A stretch of DNA of 64,000 bases from Geosiphon pyriformis uo1. Lineage: Eukaryota > Fungi > Glomeromycota. The stretch spans positions 1,684,893 to 1,748,892 of the forward strand of contig JAAOMT010000512.1 in NCBI GenBank assembly GCA_016748015.1. Reading direction: 5' to 3'. Below are positions 38,101 to 52,529 of the stretch, piece after piece; the first letter of the stretch is position 1; every line of letters begins with the position of its first letter. The position numbers and the translations under genes are program-made. The notes beneath the pieces are model-generated. The model saw only the letters and a program-made list of their open reading frames with translations. It had not been told where the DNA came from and did no database searches.

Positions 38101-39864
38101 CTTGGCAGAAGATTGGTCTTTAAAACTCAACCATTGGACCTTATCCATATTACCCAACTTGAACTTCCACCAGTTTCAATTGGTCTGTTTACAAGTGCTA
38201 ATAAGATGAATATCCAGAAGTCTATCCAAACTGATTAAAATTGAAACTACCTTATGATTTGTATCAAAAAACTCTGAAATATCATTGACTTTATATGATA
38301 CAATTACAGATGACAGGTTCTTACTTACAAAAACATAATTTAGCACCTTCTTAACTCCTTTAAAATTGCTCTAAGTAGAAGTTTTGGCCATTAAATATCC
38401 ATTAAAAGTATTAACTAGTCCTAGATCCAAACAGAAATTGAAACTTGTACTCTTACTAGATCTATTCTTATTAAAGTTATCACTCAGCACCATAAAAAAA
38501 CTAGAATTGACTCCTTTGGATATCATGAAGTTGATATCAACAGCTTGGCTAAAATGCACACCAGTAAAAGCACCAGTATACAGATCTAAAATTGTAACTG
38601 AAAGCTTGTTTTTAAACAAAAAACATACAAAAACCAGCTAACCAGGAATCTTCTCCACTTTAGACACATGATAAGCCAAAGAAATATCCATAATAACAAC
38701 AACTTTAGCATCAAAAAAACTCACATCCAGACCAGAGATAAAAATCCATTAAACTTATTTATGATTCACAGCCTAATATTAGACCACAATTTCATCTTGT
38801 AATAATAAAAACCAAGTTACTTGAATTCTTATGCCAATAAGCAATGCCTTTCTGTTTTGCAGAAACATTAATGTCTTTAACATTACATGTAGCAAACTTC
38901 CAGACTAAATCTGTCATTGAAATAAAAAAACAGCTGAAAAACCCATACCAGAGCACAACTGATCTAACTTCTTCAAAACTGAGTTAACTAATACCTCCAG
39001 AGCCATTATTTTTAATTCCAAACCACTTATCTTAGTAGTAAAGACTTTTGAGCTACTTGAACCAAGATTAAAAATAACATTATTAACAATAAAAAAAGAG
39101 AAAGTAGGAGCCAACAATACATCATTCATAACTATATCTAAATCCAACATCAATGATGTTGGAGCAGGAATAATTGGGACTGTGAAATTGAAAACTGGCA
39201 CCAAAGGCACCAGTTCTACATCATTCAACCTATGCACTATACTTGACACTTGGTCAGCCAAGAGTTCCAATAAGCACTTCAAGAAAGCCAGACAATCAAC
39301 AATAGAAGAATTATTCTAAACAACCAATAGAGATTTCTTAATACTTCAAGAACTAGAAGACTAAAAGCCAGAACCAAAAACCAAATAAAAATTATCACCA
39401 GAAAAGGCAGCAAATGAGACCACCTGGGCCCAAGATTTGCTGCCAAAGACAGCAAGACAAGAAATAGAAACATACTTTTTAGCATACAATTTGGCCAGTT
39501 GAAGACAATTCACTTCAGAAATAGATTTTTTAATTGTTTTTGAGATTTTAAGATTAGACATAATTGTTGTATTACATTCCAAAGCAGTATGACCAAATTT
39601 TCTATATTTTTTGTACTGGACCAGATTTATTCTTGTTCAAGAAAGTTTTTTTCTACCAAATATTAGCTTAGTGCAATATACAGAATCCAAATCCTTATCA
39701 GATTCAAAACCAATTACAGCACAGCAAACCCAATTGCCAATATTAAGTGAGTAATTGATAATGCATGTTTTACCACCAAACTCTTCCAAAAGAGTGCTCA
39801 AATTATGAACAGTTATTTCCATAGACAAAGTAAACAACAGAGCCCTAAATTGATTTCTAGATGC

Positions 39865-40784
39865 TGTTACTCATAAAAAGAAAACAGATATAGGGAAATA
39901 GTAGACCAATAAGCAAATAGTATGTAGCACATGAGCACATTGCTCAGCAATGTAGAGCAATGACAGAAAACATGACACATTGCTCAGCAATGTAAAGCAA
40001 TGTCAAAAAACATGGCACATTGCTCAGCAATGTAAAGCGATATTAAAAAATTAGGACACATTGTTCAGCAATGTGAGCATTGCTTAAGAAATCATAGCAC
40101 ATTGCTCGAGAATGTAAGTGATCTTATAGAACATCAATTATATATATATAGCAGTAGTATTAGAAGTAGAAAAGAACAGAATCTTTCCATTAGAAACCTC
40201 TCAGTTTAGATTTTATCCAAGCAACTTTCTATTCACAAATATTAATAAATAATTATTCACCATTTTAATCTACTCTTTGCTATTAATGCTTCATGTTGAT
40301 AGTAAATAATACTTAATCACACTGGAATAATAGCTCTTAATTATGGCTATTGACAGATACTAACTTGCACATTGCCTTAGCTCATTTCTTATTTTCTTTT
40401 ATTTTCTTTTATTTTCTTTTATTTTCTTGATTTTATTGTTGTATACTAACTGATTAAAGATTAAAAGTGCTGAGTAATTAACATCACAGATAGCCTGGTA
40501 AAAAACCCAGAAATAAGGGTAAAATTATATATATATTAACAACTAGTTTACTAAAAGGATATGACTGCCAGAATAAACTGGTGACCAAGCTGAAGACAGA
40601 AATTGGGAACACAACTTACCAACCAACTACATCATCATTGAATCTCTGTTTATTATACAAAAGACTCAACTCTAAAACCTTCAAAAATAACCAACATACC
40701 AATATTATTAGTATTATTAAGATATTGAGCACCAAGTTACAGATTTGTTATTTGATTTGAGACTTCAAATAATCATCTGTAACA
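39865..40784 (+). repeat. 5' LTR of Gypsy-1
   Basis: TGTTAC...TGTAACA; direct repeat of 59971-60865. Confidence 0.95.
39935..40118 (+). repeat. U3 tandem array, about 5 x 40-41 bp, with palindromic core ACATTGCT-C-AGCAATGT
   Basis: Units start at 39935, 39975, 40015, 40056 and 40097; repeated in the 3' LTR near 60040-60220. Confidence 0.9.
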
Positions 40785-40786
40785 TT

Positions 40787-40804
40787 TGGTGCTTTTTGTA
40801 AGAT
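40787..40804 (+). promoter_or_regulatory. Primer-binding site (possibly tRNA-Thr type)
   Basis: TGGTGCTTT.. 2 nt after the LTR. The tRNA identity is an inference. Confidence 0.75.
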
Positions 40805-41395
40805 ATAATCCTACAGAGAACCAGCACCAACAACACCCATCCAAATAGTGGCAGAATCCAAAGAAACAGGGACAAACCATTTAGGATTTACGAAATCTTT
40901 ATTCCAATACTACTGTTAACATTTAGAATTAACTAACAACCACTTATCAGCAGAATCAGCTTTCAATTTTTACATCCACAAAAGAATCTCATATTTACTA
41001 GGAGTACCAGCAGAAACTGATTCAGCCAGAGAAAACTTCTACAACAAATTAATTCAAAATACCAGCCTACCAACAAATTACAATTTCACAGCAATTCTTA
41101 CTGAAATCAATAAAGAAATTGAAATTCACACTCAACAAAAATATCCAATTATCTATGCAAACAAAGACAAAGGAAAATTACAAACACCAGCAGTAACACC
41201 TCAAAGAATACAACCACCCACTTGGAAGAAAACAAGAGTTAAATTACCAACTAATCCATCATACCATTATATACCCAGAAGTGCCATCAATATTACATCA
41301 ACAGGCGCATTCACATCAAACACAACATCAATCTTTGGATGATTTCTATTTCAGAGTAAACAAAAGAAAAAAGATCTTCTAGGACCATATGGTGC

Positions 41396-42268
41396 TGTTA
41401 TGGTTTAAGAATTTAGCAAAAGAAGCATAAAATAATATAAACTATTCAATCATAATATAGTGCAGTAATAATCTTAGAAAGGTAATGATTAACATAGTAG
41501 CAAACACCATCTCGTGATAGTGGCAAGCACCAGTTCACAATAGCAGCCAACACCAACTGGTGATAACAGCAAACACCAGGTTGAAATATTAAAAAGAAAG
41601 TATTACAATGTGTTTTTTCGTAGAACTACAAACATGTATATATACAGTAGCTTTAATATTAAGAAAAGAAAATCAAGTAATAAAAATCGTAACTTATCAA
41701 ACAATAGATCCAATTTATCCAACAAACTCCACTTTAAATTGTACCTTTAAACTAAATATCCCAAGAAATCTTTAAATCAAAAAGAAATGAAAAAATATAT
41801 TTAAAACTGAATTATCACAACCCCAAAGTAGTAAGAAACTTACTTGTGTTAATTATTAAATGAAACTATCATTTATCAGTTGAATTTCTTAGAAGAATAA
41901 TCCCTGATCAAGATTATTTACATTGTTACTAATTAATAAAAACTTTATTGTGAGAATTAGGAAAAGCACTAAAGATCATTAATATTTCGTGTTTCTAGAT
42001 TAGTAAAACACATTAGGCAATTGCAAAAATAGCCTCAGAAAAGATCCCAAACAGCGGGTAGATTTCAGTTCAGCCTCTGAGAAGGAGTACATAAACACAC
42101 ACAACAATCAAGAATTGAGAAATAACTTACATCGTGACATTAAAAAGAAAGCCTTCAGTATAATAGTGATATTATCACACAAATAGAATTGAGAAACTCA
42201 CGAGAAACTGATTGCAATTAAAACAGGATATTAGCAATTAAATATATCAAGAAAACCATTCTGTAACA
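41396..42268. mobile_element. Solo LTR (family S), copy 3, inserted in the Gypsy-1 gag region
   Basis: Direct repeat of 1480-2362; TSD GTGC/GTAC. Confidence 0.93.
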
Positions 42269-42699
42269 GTACGTATTTCAAAGAATTTAAGTCTTAATTG
42301 CCTACACCATCAGGACTCCAATCTCTGCTACCCCAACCAGATTTTGGAACCGCAAGTTCCTGAAAAGTAATGGAATCAGAAGAAAACCAAGAAAAAGAGG
42401 AAGAAGAATCTGAAAATCAAGAATTTACTTACCAGAACCTGATTACTGAAAATTCAGAAATTGAAATCCCGAACTTTCAGACTTAGCAAAATCTAAATTT
42501 AGAAAATCTGGAAATTGAAACTCCAAATTTTCAAATACAGCACAATCAGAACAATCAAAATCCTGACATTAATAATCAATAACACTTACCTCTAGTAATT
42601 GTGATCAATCCAGCCTCAGCTCTACCAATTAATGAACAGCAATAACAGCCATTTTAATCACCTCAACTACCACAGCAGCCACTTCCACAGCCACAACAA

Positions 42700-43520
42700 C
42701 AACTTCCACAACCAAACTTGGATCTAATGACCTATACTTCAATAGTAAAACTCGAGAAATTCACCAGTAAAAAGGACGACACCCAAGTATGACTTAATAA
42801 TGTAAAAAAAACCATAGCGGCTAATGGATAGAATGACACCAGAGCCATGCGAGCCATCCCATATTTTCTCCAGAATACCACCAATTCATGGTATCAAAGT
42901 CTAGTCAACAAACTCCAAGATTTTAATGCATTTAAAATTGAGTTTTTAAGATACTTTAGCAACAATAACAGCATTAACAGGCTGGCAAACACCTTTACTA
43001 CCATCAAACAAGGAGAAAATGAAGCAGTCACTACTTACTTAGGATACTTCCACAGGAATCTGTGCCAGATCCAAGTCATTGATGCCAATTATTTCACAGT
43101 AGTCCAGATCCTAAATCAGTTTATTCATGGACTACACAGTAGCATCCTGCAACATATATGTCCAATGCATTCTATCGATCTACAAGCAGCCATCACAAAT
43201 GCCCAAAATTTTGAAGCTGCTGAACTCAAAGCTAACCACGTTCAAGCTGTTAATCTAGTAATAAATAAATTATCTGAATTGGATTCCAAATTGAAACAAT
43301 TTAGTGATTCCATCAATCAGATATTAAAGGAATATTTAGTTGACAATTGTGCAATTTATCAACCATCACAATGACACAATAAATCTGGAAATGCAAATCA
43401 TTTTCAGAATCAGTCATATCTATTATCATTGACCAATCAACAATGGCAACAGGAAATGTGTGTTTGCCACTATTGTAATAAGCAAAAACACCTACAAATT
43501 AATTGCCATCATTGTTTAAA
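42700..43520 (+). pseudogene. Gypsy-1 gag capsid domain + CCHC knuckle remnant
   Basis: AIPYFLQ..FKIEFLRYF..IKQGENEAVTTYL..QFIHGL; CHYCNKQKHLQINC near 43465. Confidence 0.85.
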
Positions 43521-44139
43521 TAACCAATGATCAGGAAATCAATATTGAAACTCCGATTGCTGGTTTCAAATTCCGAATAACCCACCAAACTCAGAGCCAT
43601 ATCATCAGAATTATTTACCTATGATGCAGCAGCTACCTTATCAACCATTAATATATCAAATACTAATTTATCAACCAATGACACCAGCAATTTATCAGTC
43701 GCAGCCACAACCCATTTATCAGCTACAGCCTCAGGTAATCTATCAGCCCCAACAAATTCAAACACTGTCACAGAACTTACCTCAAAATAGAAACCAAAGA
43801 CTAAGATTAATCCAACAAAGCTGAAGATCATCAATAATAGTCTACTAACCAATCCTCAGTTCTTCTACACAACTAGCAGGATCTTGACAATAGAATTCGG
43901 GCACTGGATATGCCCAAAACCCAAATTTCCAGAACTATTTAAGTCTACTAGTTACCTCAGAAAACACTCAACCTAATAACCTGGAAATCAACCAACACCC
44001 AATACTTACCAGCAACATTCCGCCAGCTACTATTACCGAAAACAAATTACTAGACACCATTTTCCCATTTGAACTCAAAAAACCATCAACTATACCGTTA
44101 TTTAGTGGAGCTGCTCTGGAAAAAAAACCTATTACTGTC

Positions 44140-47100
44140 ATGTACACTGATGTCAAAGTTGATGGCCATTCCATTAAACTGATTCTAGACAATAGATTAG
44201 TTGGCAGCATCATTACAAAACAACTCATAGACCAATTAGGTTGCCGAGTTGATCACACTGCCCACACCAGAATCATAACTGCTGATGAAACAACCAAAAC
44301 TCTCATTGGTGAGATTGATAACTTCCCTTTTGAAGTCAATGGCATCATTATTCTCATCAAAGTCCTAGTGATAGAAGCAACCCAATATCAGGCATTAGTA
44401 GGGAATGACTGATTATCTAAAACCAATGCCATACTGAACTGGATGATGCAAGAGCTTCAACTGAGCCAAAACAGTCAACACACACGTGTACCAGCCATGT
44501 GCAGCCATTTCAAGACCACTAACTCGATAACACCACTCATTGAATTTGAGAAAGAAGAAAAGAAACCTACCTGGGAAGCTTACCAAGTTTTCTGGGCCGA
44601 CACAGAACACAATGAGCTGCTGCCAGTACCTTTGTGAGATGACAACAGCAAAAGAAAGCAGAGAAAAGAACTTACCTGGAATGCCAACCAAAACTGGGAA
44701 ACCAACCATGATTCAGAAGAACCAGCTTGGGAATAAGAAGAAAAGACAAAAAAAAGGAAAAAGGAAGGAAGAAAGATTAATATCCACCAGCACCACCACA
44801 TATAATTCTTATACTACACCACAACAATCTGTTTATTGTCACCCAAAACTGGTGTGTGTCAATTGTGACAAAAAATTGTCATCAATGGGTGCTTACTGTA
44901 GTGACAATAAAGAGTATACTTTGGCAACCAAATTCTATTGTTATCCATGTGTCCTTGAACGTTTTGGAAGACCAAAACAAATAGAAAAATGGGATAACAA
45001 ACTCTGCTTGGCTTGTGGAGAAACTTTTCTGGACAAAGAAATATGGAACAACATTCCTAGATGAGGAGAAACATGCAATGAATTGTGTCAATACATGATT
45101 CTCATAAGCGACTGGATAAAAAAAAACACCCATAGACACTGCTTAGAGACAAGCCATCAAACATCTGGATGGGTGTCCACATGATAATGACAAAATTTGG
45201 TGAATAGCACTCACCAAAATTGAAGAAGCGACCCTAAAAAAATAAAAATGATTAAAAATAACCCACCTGAACCTATAAAACTTGACTAGAACTCAGAACC
45301 AGTTATAAATCTCCTAGATCCAGAACAATTCTATGAACATTATTAAGAGCTAGCACCTATTAAAGAAAAACAAGAGCAGTGTTTGGAGCAATTGAATACT
45401 TGGTTATGTCAACATTGCTTAATTTTCTGTGACTTTCAATATTGTAATGAGTGTGACCTTATTTACAATCCACCATTATGCATGATCTACATGATCCCAG
45501 AAAAAGAACCAATCAGCAACTGCATATTAGAATTGGAATCAGTTTTCAATCTCAATTCAAACTCCAACAACAATGATGACAAAAACACCAGTTCCAGCTT
45601 CACATAATATGGCAACAAAAATATCAATGATTTAGACTCCAATTCAAACTTCGAAATATACATTGCACTTCTTGATCTCTCTAAGAAGCAGGAACTCAAA
45701 TAGTATAATAATAATAATAAAGATATCATGCCAGAATGTGTGCATGATACCAATGCAGAGTTTGATTTGAGATATCTGGGAAAAAAAGCCATCAAATTGG
45801 AACCAAATTCGCGCACATGTATTGATCTCAAAATAGCTCTGGAAATTTCAGCAACAATTATGGTTCAATTAGCATCTAGGAATAGTTTAGCGAAAAAAGG
45901 AATCAACATCAGAGAAGGAATAATTGATGTGAGATACATAAGAAATATCATTGCCATGCTACAAAATAACTCAGAAAAGGCCTATATTATAGAGCCAAAT
46001 GAAAAGATAGCACAGGCAATATTTTTACCTCTGGTAAAAATAGCTCAGTTAGTTTCAATGAGAAAGAGAGAAGAACTAAGTATAATAGCAAGAGGAATAT
46101 AGGGATTTGGATTAACAGGTAGAATAGATATACCAATAAATATAGCAAAGAAAGAAATTGCTAACAAAGGAGAAATTATCTCAACCTGTCAATCAATTTC
46201 TATTCCACCATATGACCAGTATATGTTAGCCATAAAAAGGAAAGTAAAGAATCAACCTCAGTTGTTTGAAGCAGAGGCCACTATTTGTGAATCAGAAGAA
46301 ATTGGACTCACTAATCTCTATATATCAGCCAAAAGCCCCAAAAATATCAAAATTCCCATCTACAACACAATGGGAAGTGTTATTGAAATACCAAAAGGAA
46401 CCATTATTGGATATTTAACCACCAAAGTTAAGGATCAACCACCAAACCACATTCCAGATTTTTCACAGCTTTGTGAATATGTGAACATCACATCACAAAC
46501 CATTTATGGACAAAGCGAATGTTATCTGCTCTAACTAAAACAATTGAAACAGATAAATATAGGAAATCTAGACCCACTCCAACAGATGCAACTAAAAATG
46601 TTACTCAACAAATTCAATAACATCTTTGCCAGTGAAAATGAATTTGGCAGAACCAACATAATTCAGCATTAGATTAAAACTGGAGAGACAATGCCAATTA
46701 ACAAAAAGCATACAGAGTACTACCAGCTAGCCATGATATTATTTGTCAAGAAATTAACCGAATGCTTAACAATGAGCTAATTCAGCCATCAATGAGCTCA
46801 TAGTCATTACCAGTGGTATTAGTCCAGAAAAAGAATAGAAAGATCCATTTCTGTGTGGATTATTGGAAACTGAATGGAGTGACTAAAAATGATAGCTATT
46901 CAACTCCAAAGATCCAAGAACTATTCAATGCTTTTGGAGAAAATAAATGGTTCTCAACACTAGATTTAGATAGTGGTTACTGGCAAGTAGCCATGGATCC
47001 AGCCAACAAAGAAAAAACAGCATTTACCACAAGAGAAGAGAATTTTGAGTTTGAAGTCATGCCATTTGGTTTGATGAATATTCCAGCAACATTCCAACGG

Positions 47101-49358
47101 CTCATGAAAATTGTCTATACTGGATTACTATGGAAATCAGTAGTCATATACTTAGATGACACAAATGTATTCTCCAAGACATTTAATGACCATTTACATC
47201 ATCTCCAACAAGTATTTGAAAGACTCAGATGAGCAAGATTGAAACTAAATGCCAACAAATGATTCTTTGACAAAACCAAGCTCAAGTTTTTGGGACATAT
47301 GATGAGCAAAGATGGTATTAAAATGGATCCAGATAAGATTGCAATAGTAAAAAACTTTTCAGTACCAACAAACTTGCCAGAATTAAGAGCATTTTTGGGA
47401 TTCACAGGCTATTATTGCCACTTTATTAAGGACTTTTTTAAACTAGCCCAGCCACTTCACCATCTACAAACCAAGAATGTGAAATATGAATAGACTGAAG
47501 CTTAACAAGAGGCATTCGACACACTGAGAAGAAAGCTTATTCAAGCTCCAGTATTAATGTATCCAGATTACAGCAAACCATTCATCATTACTACAGATAC
47601 ATCAGGTCAAATATTGGGAGCAGTACTATCACAGAAAAGACCAGATGGAAGAGAACATCCAATAGCCTATGCCAGTAGAAGCTTAAGTCCAGCCAAAAAG
47701 AACTATAGAACACCAGCACTGGAACACTTAGCAATCTATTGGGCAGTCATGAAATGGAGAGAATACTTGAGCCAAAAGTTTGAAATATATACGGATTACA
47801 AGGGATTGACTTCAATCCAAAAACAAAAATTTGCAGATAATTGTCATGTCAGATAGAAAATAAAACTTTCACTATTCAATTATACAGTATATTATAAAAA
47901 AAGAAAAGACAATGGAAATGCCAATGGATTGTCACAAATGAGACAAATTTAAAAACATTTCAATCCAAAAATATAACAAAAAATAAACACACAAAAATAC
48001 CAACAACTCCAGCAGTATATAAATACTCAATTGTTTAAGGAGAAATTATCTCATAAAGAACAAAACAACATAAAACAGCAATCAAAATATTTCATCAATC
48101 ACCAAAATATACTTTACCAAAAAAACAGAAGAAATTCAGACCAATTAATCAGAGTAATTACAGAATCAGAAAAAGAAACAATATTGTTCAACATGCATTC
48201 AAATCCAACAGTAGGATATTTTCACAAAGAAGCAACCATGGAAAGAACCAGAAAAAGATACTATTGGCCATCAATGTATCCAGATATTATCCAGTATGTT
48301 TAAAACTGTGATGCTTGTCAAAGAAGAGAAGAAACAAAACCCAGTAAACCATTGAGACCAATCAAAATGGGACAACTATTTGATCACATTGGAATTGACT
48401 TAGTTAAACCATTAACAATCACCAACAAAGGCAACAGATATATCACAGTAGCCATAGACTATCTCACTAAATAGTCAGAAGCAAAAGCCATTCAAAGAGC
48501 AGATGCAGAATCCATTGCCAAATTCATTTATCAAGATTTGATTTGTCAACATGAATGTCCAAAAAAACTATTATCAGATCAAAGAACTCACTTTGTGAAC
48601 AGAACATTAGCAGAATTAAGTCAGAGCTTTGGAATCAAAAGACCATTATCATCATCATACCATCCACAAACAAATAGGTTAATTGAGAGATTTAACAGAA
48701 TATTGTGTGAAGCAATTGCCAAGATCAGTTAAAAAACCAAGATGAATGAAATTTGTTTATATTATCAGTATTATTTGCTTATTGGACAATGAGACAAGAT
48801 ACTACACAAGCAACACCATTTGAATTAGTATATAGTAGAATAGCAACATTACCAGTTGAGATAGAAGTCACCACTTATCCAACAAAACCAATAACTGAAG
48901 ACAATTTTCAGAAAACATTGCTAAAAAGAACATATGACTTAATAAAAACATTAGAAAATAAACACTGAAGAGCAGCTGATAACATCCAGAAATCATAAGA
49001 AAAACAAAAAGAAAGACATGATAATCAATTACCAGACAAACCAATTAAATTTAAAATTAAAGACAAAGTATTTTTACATTGTACCAAAATGAAAAAACAA
49101 TGGAGTGGAAAATTTGACCCCAAATGGGATGAACCATTTCACATAGAAAAAATTCTTGAAAATGGAGCTTATAAATTAAAATGGGACAACAAAATCTTAG
49201 CCAAAGCAGCACATAGTAATTAACTGAAACCATATTACCAAATAGCATCATCATTTACCAATAATATTTTATAATTAGGAGTACAATGAATACTAGTCCA
49301 ACCAGATGAAATTCCACAAGATCTGGAACCAATCATAATCATTGAACCAAACACATAA
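44140..49358 (+). pseudogene. Gypsy-1 pol: protease, Cys-rich insert, dUTPase (45728-46120), RT (46700-47480), RNase H (47557-47950), integrase (47983-49358)
   Basis: LILDN(SG)..GSII; LASRNSLAKKGI..GIID..Y..KIAQAIF; LDLDSGYWQV, MPFGL, YLDD; TTDTS..AYASR; HHCC, LLSDQ..F, YHPQTN..ERFN. Many TGA/TAA stops. Confidence 0.92.
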
Positions 49359-49469
49359 AATCAAACAATAAAAGAGTATATAAAAACACAGTACATGTGA
49401 CAAAAGCAACCAAGAAAATGGAAATACCAGATCATATTCACACCATAGCTCAACAATTATTTTAGGCAT

Positions 49470-50437
49470 TGTTACCAGTAAAATTTTAGCTAGTAATTAG
49501 CATAAAATTACTCTTATAATCTCTATAATTAATTAGTATATTAATATCATTTCAAATTATCATTTATTATTTAATCAATTATCACATATTACAATTCAAT
49601 TAAAATAATCTAATTAGTATAACAGAAAGTAGGATGATCAAATTACACAATACTCTGAACTTTGTAACATTCTAAAATTCGCCGAAATTTACAGAAATTC
49701 GCCGAAATTATGAATAGTTCACCCAAATTCATCAATAGTTCAGCAAAATAACTTGTAGTTCATCAAAATGTATCTTTAGTTTGCCGAAATTTGAGCAAAG
49801 AGAAAAAGTGCAAGTTCATAGACTAGTACTATAACAAGTTGTATAAAAAAAGAGCTTTTCTCTTCAAGAAAATGTATCTTACTTTAGATTTTATCACTAG
49901 AACTATTCCTATACACACAAAAAAAAATAAATATCAAATAATTTGAAAAACCAAATTTTTTAATTATTGCACTTGGAAAATCCCCAAAACCCAACTAACG
50001 TTTTGAAATTGATTAGTTACTAATTTTAGTAAACTGTTAGTGACTCCAGGCCTGGATAGAAAACGTTTCCCTTGACAGAATGCAATTTCTTTTACATTTC
50101 TTTTATTTTTTTTATTTTCTTACTGTAATCATTAGGGTAGCCTACAGACAAGATTTCTGTAGAAGAGTTGACTTTCACAGCAAAGTAACTACACATTTTA
50201 GTAAGCTTCCAAATGAGCAATTCCTGGAAAAGAGTTGGCATTTACTACAACATAACTATACAAAGTAACTGGCATGGAATTGGCTATTCCACTTATAAGC
50301 CCAGCAGTTCAAATTATAGGAGATAATTTGAAGATAAATTCAGTTATTGGAGGTTCAACTACTTTTAGAAAACGTGAATTTGCAACCAACAGACATTTAC
50401 AATATTCAAGAAAAGAGACCAAAAACCTCTGGTAATA
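49470..50437 (+). repeat. 5' LTR of Gypsy-2
   Basis: Direct repeat of 58359-59368. Confidence 0.95.
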
Positions 50438-50680
50438 TTTGGTGCTCTCCCACAGAAATAACACAGCAACAACAAATTCAAAGTAACAACCACACCAGAC
50501 ACAACAACTCTAAAGTATCATCAGTCAATTTACACCCACTGCAAGCAAAGATTTAACATCCCAGACGGAATTGAAGTTGTCAAGAAATCAGTATACCAAT
50601 ATATTAAAAATTGCATCAACAATTATTTTTTTGGAAATTACAACATTTTAGAAATTAGAAGCAACCTCTACAATAATCTA

Positions 50681-51960
50681 GTGCACTATTCACAATTGGG
50701 AACTGAAAACCTTAACAGTGAAACACTTGCCACCTACTTTCAAGAACTCAATTACAACATTATCAAATATTGTGAAGAAAAATACCCAGTACAGTCTAAA
50801 TATTCTCTTAACTTTAAATTAGAAACAGAGACAAGAAACAAAGGCAAACAAAAAGTGAAACAATACTCAAGAACTACTTCAAACACTCCAATACTACCAA
50901 AGACAACTGCCAAACACTTGCAAACATCTAAACAAGGAACTAGTGTCAAATTGCCACTTTTTATTACACCATTTCCAATTTCACTTGTTCAATCACAAAC
51001 ACCAAATTCACCACTTAACTGTTTCTCCAGACCAGAAGATTTTCAGTCACCTAGAAATCCTACTCAACAACAGGAACCAATATTAACAAGTGCCAATATC
51101 ATTGATTACTTACAGGAAAACAAAAGTAATCATTCAGAAAGCTTGAAAAGTAAAAAAACTGAATTAGAACCAGAAGAAGCCACAAAAAATGAAGAAGAAA
51201 TGACAACTGCTTATATTGCAAAGATTCCAGAATTCACTGGTAAAGATAATGATACCAGTCTTCAAGAATGGCTTGACAAAGTTCAAAAAGCAGAAGATGC
51301 AAATGGTTGGAATGCAGCAAGAATGCTCAAAGCAATTCCATACTTTCTCCAAGGAACTGTAGGAAAATGGTTTGAAAATTTAAAAGAACCATTTGAAAAC
51401 TGGCAAGCATTCAAAGATGCTTTTCTACAACAATTTACTGACAACAATACCTCTATCACTCTCAGAAACTGCTTTCACAATATCAAACAAGAAACATCTG
51501 AAACTGTTATGACCTATCTTGGAAGATTTAACAAACTTCTCAGACAAATCCGACAATTGGAAACCAATAACTACTATTTTGATGCTCAAATTCTGGATAA
51601 GTTTATAGCAGAGTTAAAAGACAAACTGATTAAGAAAGTTCATCTACATGCTCCAGCAGACTTAGCAACTGCTATTAGACATGTAAAAAGCTATGAAATG
51701 GCAATAGAAAAAGCAAATCACACCAAGTTTGTAAATTTTGTAATTGGAGAAACCAGCTCAGCAGCTGAAAAAAAAATAGACCAACTCACAAAAAAGGTTG
51801 AAAGCTACTTCACAAACCAACAACAACAGCAACAACAACCACAAAGATATCAACCCCCACAATAATGCAACCAAAACAATTTTGGATCACCATCCAACAA
51901 TCAATCTTAAAATTGTTATTATTGTGGAATTTCAGAATACTGAAAACGAGATTGTAGGAA
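50681..51960 (+). pseudogene. Gypsy-2 gag (capsid + decayed CCHC knuckle)
   Basis: 394-aa ORF with KIPEFTG, AIPYFLQG, FKDAFLQQF, IKQETSETVMTYL; CYYCG..KRDC near 51912. Confidence 0.88.
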
Positions 51961-52529
51961 ATTACAAAGAGACTAACAAAACAGGAGTAATCAACATTAT
52001 TCTTTATCACAACAATCTTATTACCAATCTCCACCACCAATCTATTATTTACCAAGACCACAAAATCAAAACAGTTACTATCCACCAGCTTTACAACCAA
52101 TATAGCAACAATATCAGCAACCTTTACCAATTCAGCTATATCAAACACCACCCACTTAACAATATTAAGTACCAGCAAGAAAATTGGTTCAACATAACCA
52201 ATTTACACACCAAAATCAATTACAGAGTAACAACAACAGAATCAATCCAAATAACCAGTTGGTTCCCCAAAATTCTGGTCAGCAAAAACCCAATCACTAT
52301 CACACTCAACCCAGTTATCTTACAATACCAGAGGAATCGGATTTTCAACAAACTGCACTTTCTGAAGGTAAAGTTGCAGCACCAAAATCAAACCCTTCCA
52401 ACCACACTATTCCACCAGCTCAAATTGCCCAAAATGCCAATCTGTCAGATATATTTCCATTTGAATTTGAAGTAAATGAATCACCATTTCTGCTTAGTAA
52501 TGCAGCAGTCAATGAACAGAAAACAATTA

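Noticed and set aside
39935-40118. CRISPR-like array of palindromic repeats
   Set aside because: The 'spacers' are similar to one another, the array sits inside both LTRs, there are no cas genes, and the context is eukaryotic.
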